NCBI GenBank assembly: GCA_016699085.1
Contig: CP064958.1
Coordinates: forward strand, 67,785-131,784
Direction of reading: 5' to 3'
Source of the DNA: Candidatus Nomurabacteria bacterium
Lineage (GTDB): Bacteria > Patescibacteriota > Minisyncoccia > Phycocordibacterales > UBA9973
Length of the DNA: 64,000 nucleotides
The position numbers were made by a program, and so were the translations under genes. Shown one piece after another: positions 28,367-37,999 of this stretch (position 1 is the stretch's first letter; the number at the start of each line of letters is the position of its first letter). The notes under the pieces were generated by a model. The model was not told where the DNA came from. It did not search any database and saw only the letters and a program-made list of their open reading frames with translations.

Positions 28367-31298
28367 TTGATGTTAAGAGAGCTAGTATAGACATACCGCT
28401 CTTATCATACACCTCTTCTGGCAAATTTGGCTTTGTTACAACTATATGAGTTAGATTCGTTGTTGCATTATACGTCGCAACAACTTTAAAAGCATCTTTA
28501 ACCTTTATCGTTTGAGTCAGCTTTTTATATGATCCATCATTGGCCAGATTCCATTTATACTCAATCGTTGTATGTGGAAATTTAATTTTTGGATTAGCAT
28601 TATAGCTAATATCTTTAACTCTTAGATTAATCGGAGAAATACCAGGGACAAAAGGTGCAGCATCGCTAACTAGATTGAGCTTTGTTGTATTACCTGATAC
28701 ATCAGCAATCGTATAGGTAAGATTTTCCTTCGTTGTTGAAGTTGGACTTTCTTCATCTACTCCAATAATACTTAGATCTTTATTGTCTTGATCAAATGCG
28801 ATAAATACTTCGGGAGCTGTAATATCAGGAACATTTACTTGCTCTAATATAGTTTCACCCGTACCATTTATCGTGTCATATGTCGCAATAAACGAATCAA
28901 CTTGCCCATCTGTAATACTACCTGTAGATTGACTTTGCGAATCATTACCAGATCCATCAAAAGAAGTAGCCGCAATAGTGTACGTACCTGCACCTGTGCC
29001 CGTAACCTTGAGAGTATAGTCCCCTACACTAGGTGTTGGAATGTACGCTATTTTCCAAGTATGTTCAGCTCCATTACCATCAGGATCATCATACATTTCA
29101 TTAACATAACTGGCATTGGGAATATCAGCAAAAGTCTCATCAGTAGATGGATCATAGCCAAGTTTGTTACCTGCTGGATCTGTTATAACAATATCGGCAG
29201 GAGATGCAACATTAAATGCAAGGTACACAGTTGCAACTCCAGTCGGATTTGGTTTGAAAAGTCTTAGTCCTGCAAATTGCTTACTGTATGCGCGGACATG
29301 CTCAGTAGTATTTGTTTCTGATTCATTGAGGGTTTTAGTGTTGTAAAATGCCGGATCTTTTACTTCATAATTATTGGATGAGAGCTTATTTGCAAGAACT
29401 ATAAAATGTGTGTGGGTTTTAGTATTTTTTATATACTGCACTTTTGCAATAACTGGCCGGTTGAGATCTAAATAACTATTGGCAAGACTGTAATTAGTTT
29501 CCGAGAAATCTCCAGAGTTTGCATCATAGGCTAATTGATTATCGGTGTATTGTGCTACTTTATACCAACTCATAGCACCACCAGGATAATAGCCCATATT
29601 GTTTTTTAACCAAGAATTTAATGTTAGTGGCGTTACATCATTTGCTTGTATATTTGTGATTCCATAATACCTAGCTACCATTACAGCAGAGACCATAGCG
29701 CAACCACAACTTGCAATTGTTATCCCACAACCAGTATTCCCAATACCATACGCATAATCTTGATTAAACCATGAAGAAGTTTCAGCAATACCGGGATAAG
29801 GTGATTGATTTTGTGTATACAGTGGTACATTTTGAATAACAAAATCAATATTATTTGTTATCCCAAATTCACTCCATGGGGATTTGTTATTTTGTGCATC
29901 CACTGCCCTGGCACGCCAGTGATACGAATCATCAGTATTCCCCTCACTCTTTATGCTAACTACTTCACCATCATTTACAGAGCCTGATATTAGTAAATTA
30001 GAACCGTCAAAAACTACATCATTAGGTTTAATTTCAACCTCCATAGAAGCCGTTCCTCCATCTGGCACATGCAACGTTCCTTTGAGGATAATTGTATCAC
30101 CCGTATTAAGCCCCCCTTCTGCAAGTGAGTAGCTACCATCAGATTTGAATTGAGTAAGTAAATCAATACTGGGGCCACTAGTGCCAGCAAATGGATCAGT
30201 AGATAACCATGGAGAAAATGAAGAAAGATATTGAATGTCCGCAGTATCTCCTTGTCCTGTAGGATTCACCAATTCATCATAAGGGCCACTTGGATCACCC
30301 CACCAATTATTAGTTAAGTCAGGTATAGTACCACCTATGATAAAAGCAACAGTATTCCCAGAAAAAGAACTTTGGTGGACACTAAATACCCCATGCTCTG
30401 TTCCCCGCATACCAATTGCATTATTAAGTATTTGGGAATTCGTCATTGTTAATACTTCATCATCGGGGCCCAATAGTTTGAAACCACCCTCTGAAGATAC
30501 ATTGTCAACTGCAATTTCAGAAAAATTTTTTATCACAACTGAATCAAGTGTAATATTTGTTCCTAATCCATAATATCGAATACCAGCTTTCCCAGTATCA
30601 AAAATACAATTTGTGCAACTAAGAGACGAATCGTAGGCAACAATAGCCGCATAGGTAGTGGTGTTTATTTCAGTAAAATCAGTTAAATAAACTTGAGAAG
30701 TGAAGCCACTAAAAATACCCAGCACACTATCAGCTATATCAATGTTCGTTGCTGTTATTGTTGCATGATCTGCATATATATCTCTATGATTGTGATTAAA
30801 GGAAATATGATCAATAGAGGCCGTAACACTATGGTAATAAAGCGCATTTACTGCATATGAAAAATCAACAAAAGCAAGTGCTGATGTTGCATTAAAAATT
30901 TTGATTCCTCCCCAGTCATCATATCCAGGAGATGTCAAACTACCATCATTATTAGAATCCCCGCTAACACTATCATCCAGATACGAAGTAAATATAATTG
31001 GATTTGAAGCCTCCCCGACCGCATGCAATGTGCCTTTGACAGAAAGTAGAGGTGGATCTTCATCATCGGGATCATCGGGGCCATAACTTTTAATTACAAC
31101 TCCGGGTTGGATAGTCAATATGACACCTAATGCAACATCTATCGGAGAAGTTATAATATAAGGGCTACCTCCGACATCCCATGTTGTATTGCTTGTAATA
31201 TTATTCGTAATAATAGTACTTGCATGAAGTTTGTTGTTTGGAGCAAGTACAATGATGGTAATAAGTACCATCACAATAAAAATATATTGCTTGTACAT
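28341..31298 (-). CDS. Large cell-surface protein (about 985 aa) with a signal peptide, a beta-helix-like region, a C39-like cysteine peptidase domain and C-terminal Ig-like domains. The true start is the Met at 31298.
   Basis: 'GNTGCGITIASCGCAMVSAVMVARYYG' (Cys box), then 'THTHFIVL' (His), then 'KDPA' (Asp), matching the peptidase C39/C39-like signature. The ORF-track N-terminal extension is a translated palindrome. Confidence 0.65.
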   Translation of the reverse strand: MYKQYIFIVMVLITIIVLAPNNKLHASTIITNNITSNTTWDVGGSPYIITSPIDVALGVILTIQPGVVIKSYGPDDPDDEDPPLLSVKGTLHAVGEASNPIIFTSYLDDSVSGDSNNDGSLTSPGYDDWGGIKIFNATSALAFVDFSYAVNALYYHSVTASIDHISFNHNHRDIYADHATITATNIDIADSVLGIFSGFTSQVYLTDFTEINTTTYAAIVAYDSSLSCTNCIFDTGKAGIRYYGLGTNITLDSVVIKNFSEIAVDNVSSEGGFKLLGPDDEVLTMTNSQILNNAIGMRGTEHGVFSVHQSSFSGNTVAFIIGGTIPDLTNNWWGDPSGPYDELVNPTGQGDTADIQYLSSFSPWLSTDPFAGTSGPSIDLLTQFKSDGSYSLAEGGLNTGDTIILKGTLHVPDGGTASMEVEIKPNDVVFDGSNLLISGSVNDGEVVSIKSEGNTDDSYHWRARAVDAQNNKSPWSEFGITNNIDFVIQNVPLYTQNQSPYPGIAETSSWFNQDYAYGIGNTGCGITIASCGCAMVSAVMVARYYGITNIQANDVTPLTLNSWLKNNMGYYPGGAMSWYKVAQYTDNQLAYDANSGDFSETNYSLANSYLDLNRPVIAKVQYIKNTKTHTHFIVLANKLSSNNYEVKDPAFYNTKTLNESETNTTEHVRAYSKQFAGLRLFKPNPTGVATVYLAFNVASPADIVITDPAGNKLGYDPSTDETFADIPNASYVNEMYDDPDGNGAEHTWKIAYIPTPSVGDYTLKVTGTGAGTYTIAATSFDGSGNDSQSQSTGSITDGQVDSFIATYDTINGTGETILEQVNVPDITAPEVFIAFDQDNKDLSIIGVDEESPTSTTKENLTYTIADVSGNTTKLNLVSDAAPFVPGISPINLRVKDISYNANPKIKFPHTTIEYKWNLANDGSYKKLTQTIKVKDAFKVVATYNATTNLTHIVVTKPNLPEEVYDKSGMSILALLTSNGILSYDF

Positions 31299-31396
31299 AT
31301 AGTATAAGTATATGCTTTGACTTTTTACTCGCAATATTGTAAAAATTTTTCTGTGGAAAACTTTTATATAAAAAACTTTTATGATATAAGGTTTTT

Positions 31397-31450
31397 TCAA
31401 ACTAAAATAATATATATACACGGCCGTGTATATATATTATTTTAGTTTGA
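31397..31450. promoter_or_regulatory. 54-bp perfect palindrome (putative operator) upstream of the surface-protein gene. It overlaps the stop codon of the PaaX-like gene.
   Basis: TCAAACTAAAATAATATATATACACGG|CCGTGTATATATATTATTTTAGTTTGA. Confidence 0.6.
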
Positions 31451-31982
31451 AAAATTGTTTTAGATTTTTATCGTCGCTTATAAAATCAACAATCATATAC
31501 CTGACATTTTTACCAAAGACATAGTGAGTTTTCAAAAGCTCTATATAATCCTCGCACGCAAAAGGATACACCCATACACTCTGCTGCAGTTGTATAAAAC
31601 CAATTTCTTTTAATTCATGTCTTAGTAGATCTCTCTTGGTCCGATTGCGCTCAAATATATCAAAGCAAACAACGCGCCATTTACCATCCCAATTTTTATT
31701 TTGTATATATCTATATTTCTTTAATTTCCAAAGAAATATCTTACCCATTTCTGATAGTTGATATGTGTTACTTTTATTAATTCTTTCTAGATACCCCTTA
31801 TTGAGTAGGATTTCTATTTTTTTATTTACATACTGTCGTTTACTGTTGCGAAATAATTTACTCCTATCTATCATTTCATTTTTTTCAAAAAGCATATCCA
31901 AAGTAATCGAACCAAGTTCTGAAACAGCAAACAAAAGGTTCCCAGTTACTTTACCTAATCGTAATAATTTATTATTTATCAT
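31437..31982 (-). CDS. PaaX-like winged-helix transcriptional regulator. The start is probably the Met at 31982.
   Basis: N-terminal wHTH. C-terminal 'WDGKWRVVCFDIFERNRTKRDLLRHELKEIGFIQLQQSVWVYP' is the PaaX_C-like signature. Confidence 0.55.
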   Translation of the reverse strand: MINNKLLRLGKVTGNLLFAVSELGSITLDMLFEKNEMIDRSKLFRNSKRQYVNKKIEILLNKGYLERINKSNTYQLSEMGKIFLWKLKKYRYIQNKNWDGKWRVVCFDIFERNRTKRDLLRHELKEIGFIQLQQSVWVYPFACEDYIELLKTHYVFGKNVRYMIVDFISDDKNLKQFFKLK

Positions 31983-31995
31983 ATATACCTTGTTA

Positions 31996-32027
31996 TAATT
32001 TATATACACGACCGTGTATATAAATTA
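31996..32027. promoter_or_regulatory. Second copy of the palindrome core (15-bp arms, one substitution at the centre), 14 bp upstream of the regulator start codon.
   Basis: TAATTTATATACACG-ac-CGTGTATATAAATTA. Confidence 0.55.
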
Positions 32028-32082
32028 TCTAGACAATATAATGTTAATAATACATAACGGTACAGAATTTTATACGAATCGT

Positions 32083-32352
32083 TTATTGTTTATCCTTAAA
32101 CTTCCACCAGGCGACTTTGGTAATATTTCGCTCGCCGGTTTTTGCCATATAGACGAGCGAGCGGAGTACATAGAGCATACAGCGGTCGACGTGAGTACCA
32201 GCAAGTTTTTCAAGCTCTGCATATAGTTTGTCAGGATTTTTATTCTTGAGATCACTTACCTTCTGAATCCCAATCGAATAGAGATCCTCTGCAACCGCCG
32301 GTCCGACATTCGGCAATATTTGGAGTTCTTGTAAGATTGCTTGTTTATCCAT
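32083..32352 (-). CDS. Helix-hairpin-helix DNA-binding protein (89 aa).
   Basis: 'LPNVGPAVAEDLYSIGIQKVSDL' HhH motif. Confidence 0.5.
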   Translation of the reverse strand: MDKQAILQELQILPNVGPAVAEDLYSIGIQKVSDLKNKNPDKLYAELEKLAGTHVDRCMLYVLRSLVYMAKTGERNITKVAWWKFKDKQ

Positions 32353-32387
32353 ATACCAAAGAAAACCCTTGCGGGTTTTCTAGAATC

Positions 32388-33056
32388 TTATTGGTGTATT
32401 TCATGCTTCGTGCAGCCATTTTTGCACATCTCACAGTTATCACAAGTCGACATATTGCTGCCGCAGGCTTTACAGTCGCATCCACAAGAAGCTGCGCTCG
32501 TCATCATGCACGTACAGTCACCACCCTTGCACATATTGCACGCACAATTCTTGCCGCCACAATTCGTTGATCCACAGAACATATGGCACGCACAGCCAGT
32601 TGATTTACATTTACCACCTCGACAGCACGGACAAATCTTTGGACCGAGCGCAAATATGCCAGGTCCAGCAAATGAAATACAAAGTGACGCAGCAAGCAGC
32701 AAGAGTTCGAACTCATAGCCTTTTGCACCAGTAAGCCCACCGACAAGTTTGAGCTTGAAGATCGCTACTGCCATGATAATAGCAAACAAGTAGCCAGTAA
32801 GTTTCGTACCCACACCAAGCACAAATGCAATACCACCGATAAATTCAACCCATGCGGTAACGTACGCTAAAAATGCTGGCAAGCCGAGAGATGCAAAGAA
32901 CCCAACCGTACCTGCCATATTATCAATCTTCTGCCAACCGTGAGCGATAAAGATTACACCAATAACGACACGGAGTATGAGGAGTCCCCACGCACGACAG
33001 TTATAATGTTTCATCATATGAATAACGTATTTATAGTAATACGAGTAGTATATCAC
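32388..33056 (-). CDS. DoxX-family membrane protein with a C-terminal metallothionein-like Cys-rich tail (about 80 aa).
   Basis: DoxX N-terminus 'LLILRVVIGVIFIAHGWQKI'. The tail has 21 Cys in about 78 residues ('CPCCRGGKCKSTGCACHMFCGSTNCGGKNCACNMCKGGDCTC...'). Confidence 0.7.
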   Translation of the reverse strand: MIYYSYYYKYVIHMMKHYNCRAWGLLILRVVIGVIFIAHGWQKIDNMAGTVGFFASLGLPAFLAYVTAWVEFIGGIAFVLGVGTKLTGYLFAIIMAVAIFKLKLVGGLTGAKGYEFELLLLAASLCISFAGPGIFALGPKICPCCRGGKCKSTGCACHMFCGSTNCGGKNCACNMCKGGDCTCMMTSAASCGCDCKACGSNMSTCDNCEMCKNGCTKHEIHQ

Positions 33057-33066
33057 GCACTATTAC

Positions 33067-34272
33067 CTAGTATCCAGACGTAAGTACGAATACTGTTATT
33101 TCAGGCCGCATACCCACACGTCCAGGGAAACCAAGCGCTCCTAGACCTCGATTGACATAGAGATACTGACTGCCGATATGGTATAAACCTGCCCAATGTG
33201 GATAGACATATTTGATAGGACTCCATTTTATTTGCTTTGTTTCAATACCAAACTGCATACCATGCGTATGACCTGATAGCGTCAGAGTAATCCATGGGTA
33301 CATCGTATTCACCTCTTTATCAAAATGTGAAGGATCATGTGAGAGCAGTATAGTAAACAGATTTTGGTCAATATCGCTCGTGGCTTTGGCAAGATCGCCG
33401 TACTTTGTAAAATGCATTTTTGAACTCCAATTTTCTACACCAATCAAATTAATTTGTGCATCATTCTTTTGAATACTTACATGTTCATTGAGAAGTAAAT
33501 TCCAACCTAGCTCCTTTTGATATTTTTTCAGTTGCAATAGATTGGCAATTTTTTCTTCAGGAGTTTTCCAAGACACATAGTCACCATAGTCGTGGTTGCC
33601 AAGTATAGAAAAAATACCAGATGGTGCCTTGAGCTTTTTGAGTTCTAGTATATATGGTAATACTTCTTCAACGCGATTATTTACCAAATCTCCGGTAAAG
33701 AAAACACAATCCGGCTGTTGTGTATTAATTAGAGCCACTGCTTTTTTAATCGGAAGAATGGATGTATAGGTACCACTATGAATATCTGAAATCTGCACAA
33801 ATCGAAAGCCATTAAAGGCTTTGGGAATTTTCGCATCTACAATTTGTATCGTTTTGATACTTATGTGAGCAAGGCCGCGAAGCATGCCATACATAAACAC
33901 AGAGAAAAGTACCAGTCCGAACATAAGCCCACTACCGATAGCCCACATGATAAGTTGAGATCCTACTACAAAAGGAGTGAGGCTCAACAAAAATACAAAG
34001 CTCAGCAATATACCACTAACAAAAACTGCCGCCAGGCTTGCGAAAAGTATAGTGACAAAGAGTGCTCGGCCATATACCTCACAAAAATGCCAACGGTTGC
34101 CAAATTTACTTACTTCAAATATATAGACCAAGGCAAATTCGATAGATGCAATACTTATCGAACCAAGTACGGAAAGCTCTTTATGAAAGATAAAAGCAAC
34201 TTCTAGCCAAAATATGGCGAGTATAAATATACACCCAATGATAGTGATACCAATCGAAAGAAATTTTTTCAT
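33067..34272 (-). CDS. Membrane-anchored calcineurin-like metallophosphoesterase.
   Basis: 'VQISDIHSG', 'GDLVN', 'GNHDYGD', 'GHTHG', preceded by an N-terminal polytopic region. Confidence 0.75.
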   Translation of the reverse strand: MKKFLSIGITIIGCIFILAIFWLEVAFIFHKELSVLGSISIASIEFALVYIFEVSKFGNRWHFCEVYGRALFVTILFASLAAVFVSGILLSFVFLLSLTPFVVGSQLIMWAIGSGLMFGLVLFSVFMYGMLRGLAHISIKTIQIVDAKIPKAFNGFRFVQISDIHSGTYTSILPIKKAVALINTQQPDCVFFTGDLVNNRVEEVLPYILELKKLKAPSGIFSILGNHDYGDYVSWKTPEEKIANLLQLKKYQKELGWNLLLNEHVSIQKNDAQINLIGVENWSSKMHFTKYGDLAKATSDIDQNLFTILLSHDPSHFDKEVNTMYPWITLTLSGHTHGMQFGIETKQIKWSPIKYVYPHWAGLYHIGSQYLYVNRGLGALGFPGRVGMRPEITVFVLTSGY

Positions 34273-34275
34273 ATA

Positions 34276-34671
34276 CTATTCTTTTTTCTCAAAATCAATC
34301 GAACACGAATTAACACAGAAATGTTTCCCTGATGGCGCGTGCTCATCATCAAAGAGATACCCCAAGTGTGATTTGCATTTTGAACAAACTACTTCGGTCC
34401 GGTGCATACCCATCGTATTATCTTCGACATATTCGACACTGCCCGCTATTGCATCATCGAAAGCCGGCCAACCACGAAGTCCGAGTGGACCCTCAGCAGA
34501 GTTTAACTTGGTGTCAGATGCAAAAAGCTTTTGTCCGCAGATTTTGCAGGCATACATGCCTGCATCGTTCGTCTTCCAGTATTCGCCTGAATACGGCGCC
34601 TCAGTCCCCTTTTCTTGGGTTACATGGAATTCTGTCTCATTTAGTTTTTTCTTGAGTTCATCTTTGTCCAT
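34276..34671 (-). CDS. msrB: Peptide-methionine (R)-S-oxide reductase.
   Basis: Two CxxC Zn motifs and 'HLGYLFDD...HFCVNS'. Confidence 0.85.
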   Translation of the reverse strand: MDKDELKKKLNETEFHVTQEKGTEAPYSGEYWKTNDAGMYACKICGQKLFASDTKLNSAEGPLGLRGWPAFDDAIAGSVEYVEDNTMGMHRTEVVCSKCKSHLGYLFDDEHAPSGKHFCVNSCSIDFEKKE

Positions 34672-34676
34672 ACTTT

Positions 34677-35003
34677 TTAGTTTTTCTGTAGCATTACAGC
34701 AAAACGGGTGGCGTCATTATCATTTGCTTTTATTTCGAGTCCGCTATTTTTGAATATTTTTACTAAATCATCAAAGTAATCACCAGACACATTAATCGGT
34801 ATACTATTTTTTGCTTGTGGAAATGCACGAGCAATAATCTGCTGCCCTTTCCAAACTTGTATTAAATTATCTTCAGACTCAATCTTAAATTGCTTGTTTT
34901 TCTGATTAGCGACAAAAGCATTAAAAACATTCTCAATTTCTATTGGAATTGGAATGTCTTGGTCAATTATTGCTTTATTTTGTGCACGTTCAATTCCTAA
35001 CAT
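34677..35003 (-). CDS. Hypothetical protein (start uncertain).
   Basis: ORF. The upstream extension overlaps the glnN promoter region. Confidence 0.3.
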   Translation of the reverse strand: MLGIERAQNKAIIDQDIPIPIEIENVFNAFVANQKNKQFKIESEDNLIQVWKGQQIIARAFPQAKNSIPINVSGDYFDDLVKIFKNSGLEIKANDNDATRFAVMLQKN

Positions 35004-35089
35004 ATAAAAAGTATACCACAATAAAGCTCCAAAAAAGTTTGTTTGACATAGATATATATATACTTTAGTATGAGGCAAACGTTATTCAC

Positions 35090-37243
35090 ATGTCAAAAGA
35101 AAACCAAACTAGCAAAAGCAAAAAAATCTCTGATTATTTTGCTGAAAATGTATTTACTGAGGAAGCAATGAAAAGCTACCTCAGCGAAGATGCCTTTCAA
35201 GGCGTAATGTCAGCTACAAAAACTGGACAAAAAATTGACCGGAAAACAGCAGACCAAGTCGCTGCGACCATGAAGTCCTGGGCAATTTCCAAAGGTGCCA
35301 CTCATTACACGCATTGGTTCCAACCACTTACAGGTGCAACAGCAGAGAAACATGACGCCTTTTTCCAACTCACTGATGAAAACAAAGGAGCAGAAAAATT
35401 CGACGGGAGTGCATTAGTGCAACAAGAACCTGATGCCAGTAGCTTCCCAAGCGGTGGACTTAGAAACACGTTCGAGGCTCGCGGATATTCGGTTTGGGAT
35501 CCGTCTTCACCTGCTTTTATTATGGAAATCGGAAGTGGAAAAACACTTTGTATTCCTACCATTTTTGTTTCCTACAATGGCGAAGCACTTGACTATAAGG
35601 CACCCTTGCTGAAATCTCTCCATGCACTCGAAACTGCTGCAGTAGAAGTGTGTCATTACTTTGATAAGAATGTTACCAAAGTGGTGCCTACACTCGGATG
35701 GGAACAGGAATATTTTGCGATTGATGAAGCACTGTTCGAAGCACGACCTGATCTGGTATTTTGTGGCAGAACATTATTCGGCCATAGTCCAGCAAAGGGG
35801 CAACAGTTAGAAGACCACTATTTTGGTTCGATCCCGGAACGGGTCTATGCATTTATGCTGGATTTTGAAACCGAATCCTTCAAACTTGGTATACCATTAA
35901 AGACGCGCCACAATGAAGTGGCTCCTGGGCAATATGAAGTGGCGCCAATTTTTGAAGAAGTAAATGTGGCCGTTGACCACAATCAATTATTGATGGATGT
36001 GATGCAACGGGTAGCGAGGCGCCATAAATTACGGGTACTACTTCATGAAAAACCCTTTGCCGGCATCAACGGAAGCGGCAAGCACAACAACTGGAGTATG
36101 GCCACTGATACCGGAAAGAATCTACTCTCACCGGGACGCACGCCAAAAAATAATTTACAGTTTCTTACCTTTTTTATCAACGTGATTAAAGCGGTAAGTG
36201 AAGGAGCCGATTTACTTCGCGCTTCCATTGCCTCTGCTGCCAACGACTTTCGTTTGGGAGCAAATGAAGCTCCTCCGGCAATTATTTCCGTTTTCATTGG
36301 CTCGTACATGACTAAAATTCTGGACGAAATCGAAACGAAAGTGGAAAGTGGAAAGTTTACTGAAGAAAGTGAGCAAAGTCTGCGTTTAGAAATTCATAAT
36401 AAGATTCCGACTTTGTTTCAAGATAATACCGACAGGAACCGTACTTCTCCCTTTGCATTCACGGGAAATAAATTTGAGGTACGCGCTGTAGGTTCATCAC
36501 AAAACTGCTCTTCCACAATGACAGTATTGAACACCATTGTTGCAGATCAGTTGATTAACTTCAAAAAAGAAGCTGATGGTTTAATTGCTAAAGGTAAGAA
36601 TCGCGAAGTTGCCATCATGGAAATACTAAAGCGTTACATTACCGAAAGCAAAAAGATTTGTTTTGAAGGTAACAACTACTCCAAAGAATGGGAAGAGGAA
36701 GCAGCACGCCGCGGATTGAGTAATGTAAAAAACACACCCCGCGCCCTCGATTTCATGATGGCCAAAAAAGGAATCGATCTATTTGTCCGAAATCAGGTTT
36801 TCACCAAAGAAGAAATTCATGCACGCCATGAAATTGAATTAGAAAAATACATCAAGATTGTTCAGATCGAAGGCCGTATTATTGGCGAACTGGCAGTGAA
36901 CCAAATCATTCCTGCAGCCATTCAGTATCAGAATGAACTGATCAATAACATAAAAGGGTTCCGGGAAATCGGGCTGGATGAACGTCATACCGAAGCACAA
37001 AAGAACCTGGTTACGGAAATCAGTGAACATGTGAATGCCATTCTGAAGATGGTTCATGAAATGACGGAAGCCCGAAAATCCGCTAATAACACAGAGGATA
37101 TCCGTGACCGGGCCATTGCCTATTGTGATACCGTTAAACCATTCTTTGATGAAATCCGCTACCGGACCGATAAGCTGGAACTGCTGGTGGATGATAAGGT
37201 TTGGCCCTTACCAAAATATCGAGATTTACTATTTTTGAAGTAA
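35090..37243 (+). CDS. glnN: Glutamine synthetase type III.
   Basis: About 717 aa. The N-terminus 'FAENVFTEEAMKSYLSEDAFQGV...THYTHWFQPLTG' and overall length match type-III GS. Confidence 0.85.
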   Translation: MSKENQTSKSKKISDYFAENVFTEEAMKSYLSEDAFQGVMSATKTGQKIDRKTADQVAATMKSWAISKGATHYTHWFQPLTGATAEKHDAFFQLTDENKGAEKFDGSALVQQEPDASSFPSGGLRNTFEARGYSVWDPSSPAFIMEIGSGKTLCIPTIFVSYNGEALDYKAPLLKSLHALETAAVEVCHYFDKNVTKVVPTLGWEQEYFAIDEALFEARPDLVFCGRTLFGHSPAKGQQLEDHYFGSIPERVYAFMLDFETESFKLGIPLKTRHNEVAPGQYEVAPIFEEVNVAVDHNQLLMDVMQRVARRHKLRVLLHEKPFAGINGSGKHNNWSMATDTGKNLLSPGRTPKNNLQFLTFFINVIKAVSEGADLLRASIASAANDFRLGANEAPPAIISVFIGSYMTKILDEIETKVESGKFTEESEQSLRLEIHNKIPTLFQDNTDRNRTSPFAFTGNKFEVRAVGSSQNCSSTMTVLNTIVADQLINFKKEADGLIAKGKNREVAIMEILKRYITESKKICFEGNNYSKEWEEEAARRGLSNVKNTPRALDFMMAKKGIDLFVRNQVFTKEEIHARHEIELEKYIKIVQIEGRIIGELAVNQIIPAAIQYQNELINNIKGFREIGLDERHTEAQKNLVTEISEHVNAILKMVHEMTEARKSANNTEDIRDRAIAYCDTVKPFFDEIRYRTDKLELLVDDKVWPLPKYRDLLFLK

Positions 37244-37244
37244 A

Positions 37245-37278
37245 ACAAAACCCTGAGTGACACAGGGTTTTTATTTTT
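37245..37278. terminator. Rho-independent terminator, bidirectional.
   Basis: AAAACCCTG-agtgaca-CAGGGTTTT followed by TATTTTTT. Confidence 0.7.
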
Positions 37279-37879
37279 TCCTATGCTTAATAATTTGAAA
37301 AATTGGCGGAATAAATGATACTACAAACACACCTATAATAATGGGTAGTATGTAGCGATCAATACCTGGTATTGTCTCTCCTAAGAAAAACCCGAGCAGT
37401 GACAGTGAGAACACCCAAAATATACCACCGATAATGTTGTACGTTAAAAATACTCCATAATTCATTTGTGTGGCACCAGCAAGTATTGGCGCAAACATCC
37501 GAATACCAGCCAGAAATCGTCCAATAATAATCGTCTTCTTACCATGTTTGTCGTAGAATTTTTTGGCTTGCTCAAGATAACGTTTCTTAAACAAGAAAGA
37601 ATCATCACGAACAAAAAGCCGTGGACCGAGTTTCCTGCCGAACCAATACCCAACCGAATCACCAAGGATTGCAGCTATTGAACCAAAAGCAAGTAACAAC
37701 CAAAGATTGATATATCCTTTGGAGGCAAGCAACCCAGCAGTAATCAAAAGCGTATCTCCTGGAAGTATAAAGCCCAAGAATGTGCCTGATTCTGCAAAGA
37801 GAATAGCAATAACACCTATTAGACCAAAGGTTGAAATAATAGTCTTAGGATCTAGGAGAGAAAACAAGTGTGAGATCAT
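37271..37879 (-). CDS. DedA/SNARE-associated family membrane protein.
   Basis: 'GFILPGDTLLITAGLLASKG' DedA motif. Confidence 0.75.
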   Translation of the reverse strand: MISHLFSLLDPKTIISTFGLIGVIAILFAESGTFLGFILPGDTLLITAGLLASKGYINLWLLLAFGSIAAILGDSVGYWFGRKLGPRLFVRDDSFLFKKRYLEQAKKFYDKHGKKTIIIGRFLAGIRMFAPILAGATQMNYGVFLTYNIIGGIFWVFSLSLLGFFLGETIPGIDRYILPIIIGVFVVSFIPPIFQIIKHRKK

Positions 37880-37999
37880 AACACTCGAAGTGTAACATAC
37901 ATAAAGCTTTATTTATGAAGTCTATTTATTTACAATATTGAGTATATATTTGCTATACTATAAGTACGCCTTTTTCTTATTAATAATAATCTATAATTT

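Noticed and set aside
31299-31421. N-terminal 41 aa ('MYIYYFSLKKPYIIKVFYIKVF...') of ORF 28341..31421.
   Set aside because: This is a translation of the AT-rich palindrome and intergenic DNA starting from a GTG. A Met followed by a classical signal peptide begins at 31298.
31983-32226. 'MYINY...' extensions of 31437..32009 and the mirror ORF 32014..32226.
   Set aside because: Both start inside the second palindrome copy. The mirror ORF is antisense to the HhH-protein gene and has no motifs.
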